Assembly: GCA_030526325.1 (NCBI GenBank)
Contig: JAUNCY010000003.1
Span: forward strand, 268-64,267
Direction: 5' to 3'
DNA from: Bacillota bacterium
GTDB lineage: Bacteria; Bacillota; Clostridia; Peptostreptococcales; Anaerovoracaceae
DNA: 64,000 bases
Notes under the pieces: model-generated
Seen by the model: the letters and a program-made list of their open reading frames with translations, nothing else
The model's database searches: none
What the model was told of the DNA's origin: nothing
In this document: positions 9,597 to 19,620 of the stretch, piece after piece
Layout: the number at the start of each line of letters is the position of its first letter
How positions within the stretch are numbered: the stretch's first letter is position 1
Program-made: the position numbers and the translations under genes

Positions 9597-12500
9597 TTTC
9601 CGCTACCTCCTCAAAATCTGCCGGATGAATATTGTTTCTGTTTTTATCGGTTTTTTTCTTCTCCATATTTTTAAACGCAGCCGCCATCATGAGCTTTATT
9701 CGGTTGAGCTGGTTAACTTCACTTGCGCCAGGGTCGAAGTCTATAGCCGCTATGTTCGAAAATTCGTTGTATTTCCTCATGGGCTTTATCATTCCTTTGC
9801 CGGTAACATGGTTCGGCAGGCAGGCAAAAGGCTGGAGACATACTATATTCTCTATTCCTCTGTCCATCAGCTCAACCATCTCAGCCGTCAGAAGCCATCC
9901 TTCTCCGCACTGGCTTCCCATGGAGAGAATATTTTCCGCTTTTTTCGCCAGTTCTTCTATTCTATCCGGAACATGGAATCTTTTACTGTCCTTAAGTTCC
10001 TTTCTGACAATATCACGGATTTTTTCGGCAATTTTGACACCTGTAAGGTTTACCGCCATATCCTTGTAAGAACCGGCAAGTTTTTCATAATTGAATTTCT
10101 TATTATACATCCCGTACAGGAAAAAGTCAAACATACCCGGAACTACTGCCTCGCCGCCCTCAGCTTCTATTGTACCGACAATATCGTTATTTGCGCCGGG
10201 ATGGTATTTAACGAGGATCTCTCCCACCACACCAACTTTAGGCTTCTCAACAGTTTCATCTATTTCAAACTTTTCAAATTTATCTATTATATTTCTGATG
10301 AGCTTTCTGAAGTTCCCGAAGCCGGCGCTCCTGACTTCTTCTTTCATAAGCTCATTGCACTCCTCATAAAGCCTGTCGGCCGAGCCCCTGATTTTTTCGT
10401 ACGGTCTTACCCTGTACAGGAGTTCTGTAATCAGGTCCCCAAGCATTATCGACTTCATGGCTTTTATCAGAATGGGCAAAGTAATTTTAAACCCGGAATT
10501 CGGCTCCAGTCCCACAAAATTGAATGAAATTACCGGAATGTTCTCGTATCCCATCTGCTTTAGAGCATAGCGAAGCAGAGCAATATAGTTGCTGGCACGG
10601 CAGCCGCCTCCGGTCTGAGACATCATGAGCGCCAGATGGTCTGTATCGTATTCACCGGACTGAACCGCCCTGATCATCTGACCCAGTGCTACAATCGTAG
10701 GATAGCAGGCATCGTTGTTGAGATATTTGAGCCCGTATTCTATATCCTGCCTGTCGGTCTTAGGAAGAAGCCTTACATTATATCCTTCACTCCTGATAGC
10801 CTGTTCAATGAGTCCGAAATGGTACGGCGCCATCTGCGGGAAAAGGAGGGTATAATCCTTTTTCATATCCGGAGTAAACTCTTTCCTGTTAACATACGGT
10901 TCACCGCTTCTCACAGGTTTTATTCCGTTTCTTTCCCTGTCCTCAACAGCGACTTTAAGAGAGCGAATTCTGATTCTTGCCGCTCCCAGATTTTCGCCTT
11001 CATCTATCTTAATAAGTGTGTACAGCTTGTTGTTGAGATCCATTATCTCGTTTACCTGATCGGTTGTAACTGCGTCAACCCCGCAGCCGAAGGAATTAAT
11101 TTGTATCAGTTCCATATCATCATCTTCAGCCACTACCTCTGCTGCTCTGTACAGACGTGAATGATATGTCCATTGGTTGAGTACCCTGAATCTTCTCGGG
11201 TCATGGGCAAGATGAGCCACAGAATCCTCTGTTACCACAGCCATTCCGTATGCGGTTATTATCTCGTCAAGGCCGTGATTTATTTCGGGATCCAGGTGAT
11301 AAGGCCTTCCTGCGAGGACAACGGTTTTACGTCCGGCTTCTTTTGACGACCGGATTATCTCCGCAGCTTTGTTTCTGATATCTTCTTTGAACGCAATGTC
11401 CTCCGCCTCGGCAGCTTTAACTGCAGCCTTAACCTCGGCATACGTGAGTCCCCGGTCTTTATAATGCTCGTAAAATCTCTTAGCCAGTTTATCCTTATTG
11501 TCATAAGGCATGAAAGGATGGTCGAACCATACTCCGTTTTCCTCGAAGCACTCGTCCATATTGTTCATGACTACTTCGGGATATGTCGCAACAATAGGAC
11601 AGTTGTAGTGATTGTCCCTTTTTTCATCCTCGGAAACCTCATAGTTGATCGAAGGGTAGAAAATGTGCTTAATACCCATATCCACCAGACTTTTGATATG
11701 TCCGTGAACCAGCTTTGCCGGATAACATGCCGTATCCGACGAAATCGTGTCTATTCCCAGCTCATAAACGCTTTTTGAAGAATGAGGAGAAAGCACCACC
11801 CTGTATCCGAGCTTTGTGAAAAGAGTGAACCAGAACGGGTAGTTCTCATACATGTTCAGCACTCTGGGAATTCCCACGCTTCCTCTAAAGGCATCCTTTT
11901 CCTCAAGAGGTTTATAGTAAGCAAACAGTCTTTCGTATTTATATTTGTACAGGTTTGGAATACTGTCAGAGCTTCCGTGCATTCCCGCACCCTTCTCACA
12001 GCGGTTTCCCGTAACAAATTTTTTTCCTCCCGGGAAGGTGTTTATTGTAAGCAGGCATCTGTTTTCACAGCCCGCACATCTTGCATTGTTAACCTCCGCA
12101 TTGAAATCACTGAGACTGTCGAGAGAAATAATCCCGGAAACATGACCGTCTTCGCATCTCTCTCTTCCTATCAGCGCCGCACCGAAGGCACCCATGATGC
12201 CTGAAATATCAGGTCTTACCACATTTCTTCCCAGTATCAGCTCGATGCTTCTGAGAACAGCGTCATTGAGGAAGGTTCCTCCCTGAACCACTATTTTATC
12301 TCCTGCTTCTTCGGGATTTCTCAGTTTAATAACTTTATACAATGCATTTTTAATTACCGAATATGACAGTCCTGCCGATATGTCACCGATAGTAGCCCCT
12401 TCCTTCTGAGCCTGTTTTACCTTTGAATTCATGAAAACAGTGCATCTTGTGCCCAGATCAACCGGATTTGATGCTTCAACAGCCTTTCCGGCAAATTCCC

Positions 12501-13896
12501 CTATTCCCAGATTCATGGATTTTGCATATGTCTCGATAAATGAGCCGCAGCCCGACGAACAGGCTTCATTCAAAAGAATATTATATATATATCCGTCTCT
12601 GACCATCATACATTTCATGTCCTGGCCGCCAATATCAAGAATAAAGGTTACTCCCGGCATGAAGTGGTTTGCCGCCTTGAAATGAGCCATAGTCTCGATT
12701 TCACCCATGTCTGCTCCGTATGCGGCTTTTATGAGAGCTTCCCCGTATCCTGTGGACACGGTGTTGGCAATATATGCTCCCTCAGGTATGCGCGGATAGA
12801 GCTCTCTGAACATTTCTCCCGCAGCCTCCAGAGGTCTGCCCTCGTTGTTTTTATAAAACGAATACAGAAGTCTGCCCTCATCGTCGATGAGTGCAGCTTT
12901 TGTGGTTGTTGAACCGGCATCTATGCCCAGGTACAAAGGGCCCTCAGCTTCGCTTAATTCCGCCCTCTCAACCGTATCCTGCGCGTGTCTTGCCGCAAAT
13001 TCTATGTAATCCTCTTCTCTTTCAAACAGAGCCGGAAGATGAGGCGAAGCTTCCGTCTTCACATGTCTCTTCTCCCTGAGCCTGCTCACTATCGAATTGA
13101 ATTCAACTGCTTCATAATCTCCCGAAATAAGGGCTGCACCTATTGAAACATAATAGTGTGCGTCTTCCGGAAATATTATCTGCTCTTTGCTGAGTCCCAG
13201 AGTTATTTCAAATCTTTTTCTGAGCTCAGACAGGAAAAAAAGCGGTCCTCCGAGGAAAGCCACGTTTCCCTTTATCCTTCTGCCGCAGGCAAGACCCGTA
13301 ATAGTCTGATTCACCACAGCCTGAAAAACAGATGCGGAAATATCTTCGGTTTTTGCCCCCTCATTTATCAGAGGCTGAACATCGGTTTTTGCAAAAACAC
13401 CGCATCTGGCAGCTATCGGATAGATAATGCTGCTGTTTTTTGCATATTCGTTCAGTCCCGCGGAATCTGTGTTCAGAAGCACCGCCATCTGATCTATAAA
13501 AGCGCCTGTACCTCCGGCACAGGTTCCGTTCATTCTCTGTTCAACGGACGGCTTAAAGAAGGTAATCTTCGCATCCTCTCCGCCAAGCTCTATAGCCACA
13601 TCAGTTTCCGGAATAAATGTCTCTATTGCTCTGCTGCAGGCAATAACCTCCTGGGTGAAGGGCAGCTCCAGCATCTCCGCAAGGGCCAGACCGCCGGAAC
13701 CTGTCACCGAAATGTGCAGGGTTTTATCTCCTAATTCAGAATAAGCCTCTTCCAGAAGTTCATAGACTTTTTCAAAAATATTTGAAAGATGTCTGGAATA
13801 TCTTTTATATATTAAATTGTCATTTTCGTCCAAAACTGAAATCTTTACTGTTGTTGAACCTACGTCTATTCCTGCTCTCAGAATTTTCTCAGCCAT
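9565..13896 (-). CDS. Acyl-CoA dehydratase activase-related fusion protein (two BcrAD/BadFG-type ATPase modules + DUF2229/HgdB-like region)
   Basis: 1443 aa with two actin-fold ATPase modules (GIDVGSTTVK...ELGGEDAK...ARCGVFAKTD and GIDAGSTTTK...DIGGQDMK...TRCTVFMNSK). These are followed by a Cys motif CAGCENRCLL...GNRCEKG and a long dehydratase-component-like C-terminal region. Confidence 0.9.
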   Translation of the reverse strand: MAEKILRAGIDVGSTTVKISVLDENDNLIYKRYSRHLSNIFEKVYELLEEAYSELGDKTLHISVTGSGGLALAEMLELPFTQEVIACSRAIETFIPETDVAIELGGEDAKITFFKPSVEQRMNGTCAGGTGAFIDQMAVLLNTDSAGLNEYAKNSSIIYPIAARCGVFAKTDVQPLINEGAKTEDISASVFQAVVNQTITGLACGRRIKGNVAFLGGPLFFLSELRKRFEITLGLSKEQIIFPEDAHYYVSIGAALISGDYEAVEFNSIVSRLREKRHVKTEASPHLPALFEREEDYIEFAARHAQDTVERAELSEAEGPLYLGIDAGSTTTKAALIDDEGRLLYSFYKNNEGRPLEAAGEMFRELYPRIPEGAYIANTVSTGYGEALIKAAYGADMGEIETMAHFKAANHFMPGVTFILDIGGQDMKCMMVRDGYIYNILLNEACSSGCGSFIETYAKSMNLGIGEFAGKAVEASNPVDLGTRCTVFMNSKVKQAQKEGATIGDISAGLSYSVIKNALYKVIKLRNPEEAGDKIVVQGGTFLNDAVLRSIELILGRNVVRPDISGIMGAFGAALIGRERCEDGHVSGIISLDSLSDFNAEVNNARCAGCENRCLLTINTFPGGKKFVTGNRCEKGAGMHGSSDSIPNLYKYKYERLFAYYKPLEEKDAFRGSVGIPRVLNMYENYPFWFTLFTKLGYRVVLSPHSSKSVYELGIDTISSDTACYPAKLVHGHIKSLVDMGIKHIFYPSINYEVSEDEKRDNHYNCPIVATYPEVVMNNMDECFEENGVWFDHPFMPYDNKDKLAKRFYEHYKDRGLTYAEVKAAVKAAEAEDIAFKEDIRNKAAEIIRSSKEAGRKTVVLAGRPYHLDPEINHGLDEIITAYGMAVVTEDSVAHLAHDPRRFRVLNQWTYHSRLYRAAEVVAEDDDMELIQINSFGCGVDAVTTDQVNEIMDLNNKLYTLIKIDEGENLGAARIRIRSLKVAVEDRERNGIKPVRSGEPYVNRKEFTPDMKKDYTLLFPQMAPYHFGLIEQAIRSEGYNVRLLPKTDRQDIEYGLKYLNNDACYPTIVALGQMIRAVQSGEYDTDHLALMMSQTGGGCRASNYIALLRYALKQMGYENIPVISFNFVGLEPNSGFKITLPILIKAMKSIMLGDLITELLYRVRPYEKIRGSADRLYEECNELMKEEVRSAGFGNFRKLIRNIIDKFEKFEIDETVEKPKVGVVGEILVKYHPGANNDIVGTIEAEGGEAVVPGMFDFFLYGMYNKKFNYEKLAGSYKDMAVNLTGVKIAEKIRDIVRKELKDSKRFHVPDRIEELAKKAENILSMGSQCGEGWLLTAEMVELMDRGIENIVCLQPFACLPNHVTGKGMIKPMRKYNEFSNIAAIDFDPGASEVNQLNRIKLMMAAAFKNMEKKKTDKNRNNIHPADFEEVAENEGSYYGVGQ

Positions 13897-13953
13897 CTTT
13901 TACTCTCCTTTCGCCAAAAACAAAAAAATATTCAGGCAAAATGTCTATGAGTA

Positions 13954-13983
13954 ATTATATCTATATACGTTTTTAATTATCAA
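13954..13983 (-). promoter_or_regulatory. Sigma-A-type promoter for the 1443-aa gene
   Basis: Minus strand reads TTGATA (13978-13983), 18-nt spacer, TATAAT (13954-13959). The -10 is about 55 nt upstream of the ATG at 13896. Confidence 0.45.
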
Positions 13984-14010
13984 CATACATTTTTTTCTTT
14001 ATCTAATCTT

Positions 14011-14760
14011 TTATATTATATTTATACCTTTAAAAAAATCCACGGCGCAGGATCTTACCCTGTCCATTGCTCCCTCTGGGGTAAACCTGTGATCTGCCCC
14101 TTCGACGCTTATCAATTCTATTCCGAACTTTTCCGAAAATCTCAAAGCATCTGCATAAGGCGCAGTTTCGTCCTCCGTTCCGTGAATCATAAGAAGCTCC
14201 GTACCGTCCGGTCTGAAATCCCTGAACAAATCGATTTTTTCAAGATCTTCCGCAAATTCCTTTACCACTTTGAGGGGTCTGTCATAATCCTCGTCCAGAA
14301 CAAGATATCCGTCCTCAAACATCTTTTTCTTATCCTCCTCGGTAAGCCATCCTCTCACTATCCCCGGCATATCTGCCGCAGCGCATCTCAAAAATGATTT
14401 TCTTCCTCTGTGAGGTCTTTCTGAAATGTACAGAAGGTTGATAAAGCCTCCGAAGCTTGATGAAAAGTATAAGATTTCAGCGTCAGGATATCTGTCCGCA
14501 ATCATCTGCTCCACCGAAGCCAGATCATCCATGCAGTTTTCAATTCGAAAGAAGCTGCTGTCCGCTTTACTTTCTCCGTGAGACGGAAAATCGAATCTTA
14601 CGGCTCCGATACCGGCATCATTAAGCTTTTCCGCCATAGTAACAGCGGTCGGACTTTCCTTGCTGCTGCCGAATCCGTGGCATATTATAACAATCTTTTT
14701 TTCATTGCCTTTTCCTTCATATACATATGGTATTTCATATCCTGCTTTCGAAACCAGCAT
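14011..14760 (-). CDS. Alpha/beta-fold hydrolase
   Basis: The ORF track start (14988) runs through rnpB. The real start is the ATG at 14760 (MLVSKAGYEIPY), preceded by AGGAGG. Motifs CHGFGSS, nucleophile-elbow-like FSSSFGG and HGTEDE...ADH are present. Confidence 0.8.
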   Translation of the reverse strand: MLVSKAGYEIPYVYEGKGNEKKIVIICHGFGSSKESPTAVTMAEKLNDAGIGAVRFDFPSHGESKADSSFFRIENCMDDLASVEQMIADRYPDAEILYFSSSFGGFINLLYISERPHRGRKSFLRCAAADMPGIVRGWLTEEDKKKMFEDGYLVLDEDYDRPLKVVKEFAEDLEKIDLFRDFRPDGTELLMIHGTEDETAPYADALRFSEKFGIELISVEGADHRFTPEGAMDRVRSCAVDFFKGINII

Positions 14761-14782
14761 TTTACTCCTCCTTTTGTCTATA

Positions 14783-14806
14783 CAAAAAGCCCCGCTTCCG
14801 CAGGGC
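14783..14806 (-). terminator. Intrinsic terminator after RNase P RNA
   Basis: Minus strand reads GCCCUGC-GGAA-GCGGGGC (14789-14806), followed by UUUUUG. Confidence 0.6.
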
Positions 14807-14818
14807 CGTAGTTTTCGT

Positions 14819-15157
14819 TTTTGCGAGCAAGTCTGTAAGCCGGGTTCTGTCTCAGACAGCCATCTTTCTAGGCCTGATGTTGCCAAAAGGCTCAAGCGAT
14901 CCACCTTCGGACCTGCGACGAGCAGCCGCTTTTCAGGTCCATTTTGATCTTGCTCCGGGTGGGGTTTACATGGCCGGCATGTTACCATACCGCCGGTGAG
15001 CTCTTACCTCACCATTTCAACCTTACCGCAAAAGCGGCGGTGTATTTCTGTTGCACTTTCCTTAGAGTCGCCTCCACCGGACGTTATCCGGCACCCTGCT
15101 CTGCGGAGCCCGGACTTTCCTCGTGATTTATCACGCGACTGTCCGACTTACTCGCAT
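14819..15157 (-). ncRNA. rnpB: RNase P RNA (bacterial, type A-like)
   Basis: The minus strand contains GAGGAAAGUCCGGGCUCC (15105-15122) and ACAGAACCCGGCUUA (14836-14850). The P1 helix pairs GCGAGUAAGUC (15145-15155) with GACUUGCUCGC (14823-14833). The ends are approximate. Confidence 0.9.
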
Positions 15158-15166
15158 TAGATAAAA

Positions 15167-15194
15167 ATTATATCACACTGAAAAATCTTTTCAA
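15167..15194 (-). promoter_or_regulatory. Extended -10 promoter for rnpB, overlapping the nif3 stop codon
   Basis: Minus strand reads TTGAAA (15189-15194), 16-nt spacer ending in TGA, TATAAT (15167-15172). The nif3 TAA stop (15168-15170) lies inside the -10 hexamer. Confidence 0.5.
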
Positions 15195-15959
15195 GCAGTT
15201 TTTTTGGGAGTCAGACTCAACCACTTCTGCCTTTCCGTTTAATTCATTTTTCAGTTTTTCACCCATATTGGCGCAAAAATATATCTCAGTTTCAAAATGG
15301 CCTGCATCTATGAGACTGATTCCCAGTTCCTCCGCTCTCTGGAAATCGTGATACTTCACGTCTCCTGTTATCAGGACATCGCACTGCAGCCCCTGTGCAG
15401 CATCTGTGAGAGACGCTCCCGCGCCTGAACATATTCCGACTCTGCGCACATGCTTTTCCGGGTCGCCAGAATAAGCAAGTCCGCTGTTTTTCATTATTTT
15501 CCTGTCAACTATTTCGCATAATCTGCTCATTTTTAACGGTTCGTCAAGCTCTCCGATTCTCATTATCGGTTCATTTTCCGGCGCATATACGGAACTTAAA
15601 CCGATTAACCGGGCCAGATAATCATTGTTGCCGCCTGATACCGTATCGAAGGAGGTATGGGACGAATATACAGATATTTCTCTTTTAATCAGCTCAACTA
15701 TGTATCTTCCCTTTGCACTTTCTGCATCTATGCTCCTGATCCCCGAAAAAAGCAGCGGATGATGACTTACAATGAAATCGCAGCCTTTCGAGACAGCCTC
15801 GTCTATCGTTTCGTCACATATATCCAGACACACAAGGATTCTTTCAATGTCCTCTTTTCCGACAGATATCTGCATTCCCGTATTATCCCAGCTCTCCATA
15901 AGCTCCGGAGGCGCAATATGTTCAATAATTTTTATCAGTTCATCTTTTTTGACCGACAT
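15168..15959 (-). CDS. Nif3-like dinuclear metal centre protein (YqfO family)
   Basis: 263 aa with motifs WDNTGMQI, IVSHHPLLF and DAGHFETE. It lies downstream of trmK, as in the Firmicute dnaG-sigA-yqfN-yqfO cluster. Confidence 0.9.
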   Translation of the reverse strand: MSVKKDELIKIIEHIAPPELMESWDNTGMQISVGKEDIERILVCLDICDETIDEAVSKGCDFIVSHHPLLFSGIRSIDAESAKGRYIVELIKREISVYSSHTSFDTVSGGNNDYLARLIGLSSVYAPENEPIMRIGELDEPLKMSRLCEIVDRKIMKNSGLAYSGDPEKHVRRVGICSGAGASLTDAAQGLQCDVLITGDVKYHDFQRAEELGISLIDAGHFETEIYFCANMGEKLKNELNGKAEVVESDSQKNCLKRFFSVI

Positions 15960-16671
15960 TTTTCATTATCCCTTCCAGCAAACGTATTTTTTCTTCCGCT
16001 TCCTTCTTCTGTTCGGCAGCAGAAAATGAAACGGATTTACCTGCATTTTCGGCAATTTCCCGTTCAACCCTGATTTTATTTGAAACAAATTCTTCAAGGA
16101 GCGGATCGGAATTGCGGATTACATGCTGTCCGACAATATACTGCTCCGGACTTCCGGAAAAGTATTCGTCCTTTGCACACTCTCCTGCCCCCGGCTCAGC
16201 ACATATTATTTCCCAGACAAAACGGCTTTCTTTTGCGAGAACCTCTTCTGTTATTCTGAAACCTTTATCCAGCAGCCATTTCCTGAGCTTATCCGGCGCA
16301 TTTCGGGGCTGAAGTATAAAACGCTTCACTGAATCAGTAACCTCCGGTGATTTACCCAGTATTTCCTCTATAAGGAGTCCTCCCATTCCGGCTATTACCA
16401 CTGCATCCGCTTCTCCCGGTTTCAGGACCTCCAGTCCCGGACCGTGTCTCATAATTATCCCTTTTCTGTCGTCCCCCATGTGCTTCTGAAGGTTTTCCTC
16501 CATTTTTTCAAGAGGTCCCGCATTGATATCCGAGGCTATAACGTAGGGGGATATTCCGTTCTGTATCAGATATATAGGAATGTATCCGTGGTCCGTTCCC
16601 ACATCAGCGGCTGTCATGCCCGCATCAACAAATCCCGCAATCTTTTCAAGTCTTTCAGACAAACGAACCAT
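15940..16671 (-). CDS. trmK: tRNA (adenine22-N1)-methyltransferase
   Basis: 243 aa with N-terminus LSERLEKIAGFVDAGMTAADVGTDHGYIPIYL, typical of TrmK/YqfN. It overlaps the nif3 start by 20 nt. Confidence 0.85.
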   Translation of the reverse strand: MVRLSERLEKIAGFVDAGMTAADVGTDHGYIPIYLIQNGISPYVIASDINAGPLEKMEENLQKHMGDDRKGIIMRHGPGLEVLKPGEADAVVIAGMGGLLIEEILGKSPEVTDSVKRFILQPRNAPDKLRKWLLDKGFRITEEVLAKESRFVWEIICAEPGAGECAKDEYFSGSPEQYIVGQHVIRNSDPLLEEFVSNKIRVEREIAENAGKSVSFSAAEQKKEAEEKIRLLEGIMKNVGQKR

Positions 16672-16682
16672 ATCTTCACCTT

Positions 16683-17822
16683 TTATTCCAGATAATCCTT
16701 GAGTTTCTTACTTCTGCTTGGATGTCTGAGCTTTCTGAGGGCTTTGGCTTCAATCTGTCTGATTCTCTCTCTGGTGACATCAAACTGTTTTCCCACTTCC
16801 TCAAGGGTTCTTGCTCTTCCGTCCTCAAGGCCGAATCTCAGCTTCAGCACCTTCTGCTCTCTTTCGGTAAGAGTATTGAGAACCTCCATAAGCTGTTCCT
16901 TGAGCATTGAGAAAGCGGCAGCCTCAGCCGGTGCAGGAACGTCGTCATCCGGAATAAAATCTCCCAGATGGCTGTCTTCCTCCTCGCCTATAGGAGTTTC
17001 CAAGGATACAGGCTCCTGAGCTATTTTAAGAATTTCTCTGACCTTCTCCTCGGACATATCCATCTCAAGTGCAATTTCTTCCGGGGTCGGTTCACGTCCG
17101 TATTCCTGAAGCAGCTGTCTTGAAATTCTTATGAGCTTGTTTATAGTTTCAACCATATGCACCGGGATTCTTATGGTTCTGGCCTGATCCGCAATGGATC
17201 TGGTTATTGCCTGTCTGATCCACCAGGTAGCATATGTACTGAATTTATATCCCTTTCTCCAGTCAAATTTGTCAACGGCTTTAATAAGTCCGAGGTTTCC
17301 TTCCTGAATGAGATCCAAAAACAGCATTCCTCTGCCTACATATCTTTTTGCTATGCTGACAACCAGTCTCAGGTTTGCCTCGCAAAGCTTTTTCTTGGCT
17401 TCCTCATCGCCGGCCTCCATTTTCTTTGCCAGCTCTATTTCCTCCTCCGCTGTAAGAAGCGGAACTTTTCCTATCTCCTTAAGATACATTCTGACCGGGT
17501 CATCCACGTTTATTCCCTTCGGCAGGGAAAGGTCGATTTCCACTTCTTCCTCTTCATCCACATTAATGTCTGCTTCTTCGTGGTCATCTTCGATAAGAGG
17601 AAAATCCTCAGGCTCAGAATCAGAAATAAGTTCCACTCCGTTGGAACTCAGTGTGTCGTAAAGCTCGTCCATCTGATCCTTGTCCAGTTCTACGTTCTCA
17701 AGAGAATCCGCAATTTCAGCAAAGGACACTTTGCCCTTTTTCTTGGCTTTTTCTATAATCCCTTCCTGCAGTTCTTTCTTTTTCTGTTCCTGAAGTTCGT
17801 TGTTCTCATAATCCATATGCAT
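16683..17822 (-). CDS. rpoD: Primary RNA polymerase sigma factor (SigA/RpoD)
   Basis: 379 aa with regions 1.2-4.2 ([57 protein letters not shown]). The first ATG (17822) overlaps the dnaG stop as TAATG. The ATG at 17816 has better spacing from AAGGAG. Confidence 0.95.
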   Translation of the reverse strand: MHMDYENNELQEQKKKELQEGIIEKAKKKGKVSFAEIADSLENVELDKDQMDELYDTLSSNGVELISDSEPEDFPLIEDDHEEADINVDEEEEVEIDLSLPKGINVDDPVRMYLKEIGKVPLLTAEEEIELAKKMEAGDEEAKKKLCEANLRLVVSIAKRYVGRGMLFLDLIQEGNLGLIKAVDKFDWRKGYKFSTYATWWIRQAITRSIADQARTIRIPVHMVETINKLIRISRQLLQEYGREPTPEEIALEMDMSEEKVREILKIAQEPVSLETPIGEEEDSHLGDFIPDDDVPAPAEAAAFSMLKEQLMEVLNTLTEREQKVLKLRFGLEDGRARTLEEVGKQFDVTRERIRQIEAKALRKLRHPSRSKKLKDYLE

Positions 17823-19612
17823 TACTCCTTTCTCTTCTCCAATTCATTTATTGCGTTTCCTATATCCATTATTTCAGCGGAAAGCTTTTTTATCTGCTCT
17901 CCGTTCGTTTCTTCATCAAGTATCTCCAGTACCTTCATAATCTCTCTGCGTCTTATTTTCAGTTTATGCTCCTTTATCCTGAATGCACACTCCAGAAGAG
18001 TCCTTTCTTCATCTCCCGGAGGCAGCATATTTTCTTCTATGTCGCGGAAAAGCTCCGCATCATCCTCATCCAGACCGTCATATACCGCGTTGATGTCGAC
18101 TTCTTCATCATCCGAATAGTTCATGACAATCTGCTCCAGAATATGCTCGTATCCGCTGCCGTAAAAATACTCTGTTATTTCGTCGTTACCGGCTATTATC
18201 GGGATACAGCTTCCTCCGGACAGCATAAGCTTTATCAGAGTCCTGACCACGGGAACCTTGTAAGCCTCCCTACCGGGAACCGGTTCACGGACTGTGCTTT
18301 CCCCGCGTTCCTCCCGGCTCTCCGTTTCCGGATCCGCAGCGGCGCCTTCAATTTCCCGCATAATAGAGCTTTCAGGGATTCTCGTGATTTCCGACACCTG
18401 TTTTACATATGCGGCCTGCTCCACAGGACTTCTGATTTTTTTCAGTTCTCTGCTTATTTCTTCCAGAAAACGGATGCTTCCATCAGTAGTATTAATATCA
18501 TGGCGTTTTTTTATACAGCCGATTTTATATTCCATGAACGAAACTGCATTTTCCACCAGTTCCTCGAAGGCTTTTTTACCGTTTTTCCTGACAAATTCGT
18601 CAGGATCCTTTCCGTCCGTAAGCATCAGAATTTTTACCTTCATTCCGGCGCTCTGAAGAATGTCTATACCTCTCATGGCTGCGTTCTGTCCCGCTCCGTC
18701 CGAGTCGTAGGCCAGAACCACAGTGTCCGTATATCTTTTCAAAAGCTTTGCCTGCTCCCGTGTAAGTGCCGTACCCAGAGAAGCGACTGCATTTTCCACG
18801 CCTGCATCCGCAAGGGAAACCACATCCATATATCCTTCCACAAGAATTGCACAGTTTTTCTTTCTGATAGAATCCTTTGCCAGATTCAGGCCGTATAGAT
18901 TATCCTTTTTCTTAAAAATCAGAGACTCGGGGGAATTCAGATATTTTGGCATGCTGTCGTCTATTGCCCTTCCGCCGAAACCTATTACCTTGTCTCTTGT
19001 GTTTTTTATCGGAAAAATCACCCGGTTTCTGAATTTGTCGTAGCATTCGTTTTTACTGTTTTTCGCAAAAAGTCCTGCTTCCAGGGCAAGCTCTTCGGAA
19101 ATGCTTTTGCTTTTAAAGAATTCCACCATATCTCTCCATTCGGCAGGAGCGTAACCTATGCCGAATTTCTTTGCTGTTTCGGGAGAAATTCCCCTTGAAA
19201 CAACATATCTTATACCGTCATTTGCTCCTTTACGAAGGTTTTTGTAAAAATGAATTGCGGCAGTTCTGGACACTTCATAAAGTTCATCTTTTTTTCTCTC
19301 TGCTCTTCCTGAATTTCTTTTGAACTCTATCCCTGCTTCCTCAGCCAGTTTTTCGACAGCCTCCATAAATTCCAGATTTTCCGAATACTGCACGTATCTG
19401 ATTACATCACCGGTTTTTCCGCAGCCAAAGCATGTGAAAATCTGCTTGTCCGGCGAAACCACAAATGAAGGAGTTTTTTCACCGTGAAAAGGACACAGAC
19501 CTTTATAATTGCTTCCGGCTCTTTTCAGTGCAACTCTTCTGCCTATGACCTCCACAATATCAAAGCTTTGTTTAACCTGTTCAATTACATCATCATATAC
19601 TGCTCTGCTCAT
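17822..19612 (-). CDS. dnaG: DNA primase
   Basis: 596 aa with the zinc-ribbon [26 protein letters not shown] and TOPRIM motifs ([17 protein letters not shown]). Confidence 0.95.
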   Translation of the reverse strand: MSRAVYDDVIEQVKQSFDIVEVIGRRVALKRAGSNYKGLCPFHGEKTPSFVVSPDKQIFTCFGCGKTGDVIRYVQYSENLEFMEAVEKLAEEAGIEFKRNSGRAERKKDELYEVSRTAAIHFYKNLRKGANDGIRYVVSRGISPETAKKFGIGYAPAEWRDMVEFFKSKSISEELALEAGLFAKNSKNECYDKFRNRVIFPIKNTRDKVIGFGGRAIDDSMPKYLNSPESLIFKKKDNLYGLNLAKDSIRKKNCAILVEGYMDVVSLADAGVENAVASLGTALTREQAKLLKRYTDTVVLAYDSDGAGQNAAMRGIDILQSAGMKVKILMLTDGKDPDEFVRKNGKKAFEELVENAVSFMEYKIGCIKKRHDINTTDGSIRFLEEISRELKKIRSPVEQAAYVKQVSEITRIPESSIMREIEGAAADPETESREERGESTVREPVPGREAYKVPVVRTLIKLMLSGGSCIPIIAGNDEITEYFYGSGYEHILEQIVMNYSDDEEVDINAVYDGLDEDDAELFRDIEENMLPPGDEERTLLECAFRIKEHKLKIRRREIMKVLEILDEETNGEQIKKLSAEIMDIGNAINELEKRKE

Positions 19613-19620
19613 ATTTACCT

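Noticed and set aside
9568-10527. Long plus-strand ORFs antisense to conserved genes: 9568-10527 (319 aa), 17157-18119 (320 aa), 17966-18898 (310 aa), 41162-41944 (260 aa), 43149-43910 (253 aa), 45114-45809 (231 aa)
   Set aside because: Each lies fully inside a strongly conserved minus-strand gene (activase fusion, rpoD/dnaG, obg, ilvA, copA). Their products are low-complexity (S/F/L/I-rich) and they have no RBS. This is typical of stop-poor antisense frames.
14761-14988. 76-codon N-terminal extension of the hydrolase ORF
   Set aside because: It lies entirely over the RNase P RNA 3' half and its terminator. A proper AGGAGG plus ATG exists at 14760.
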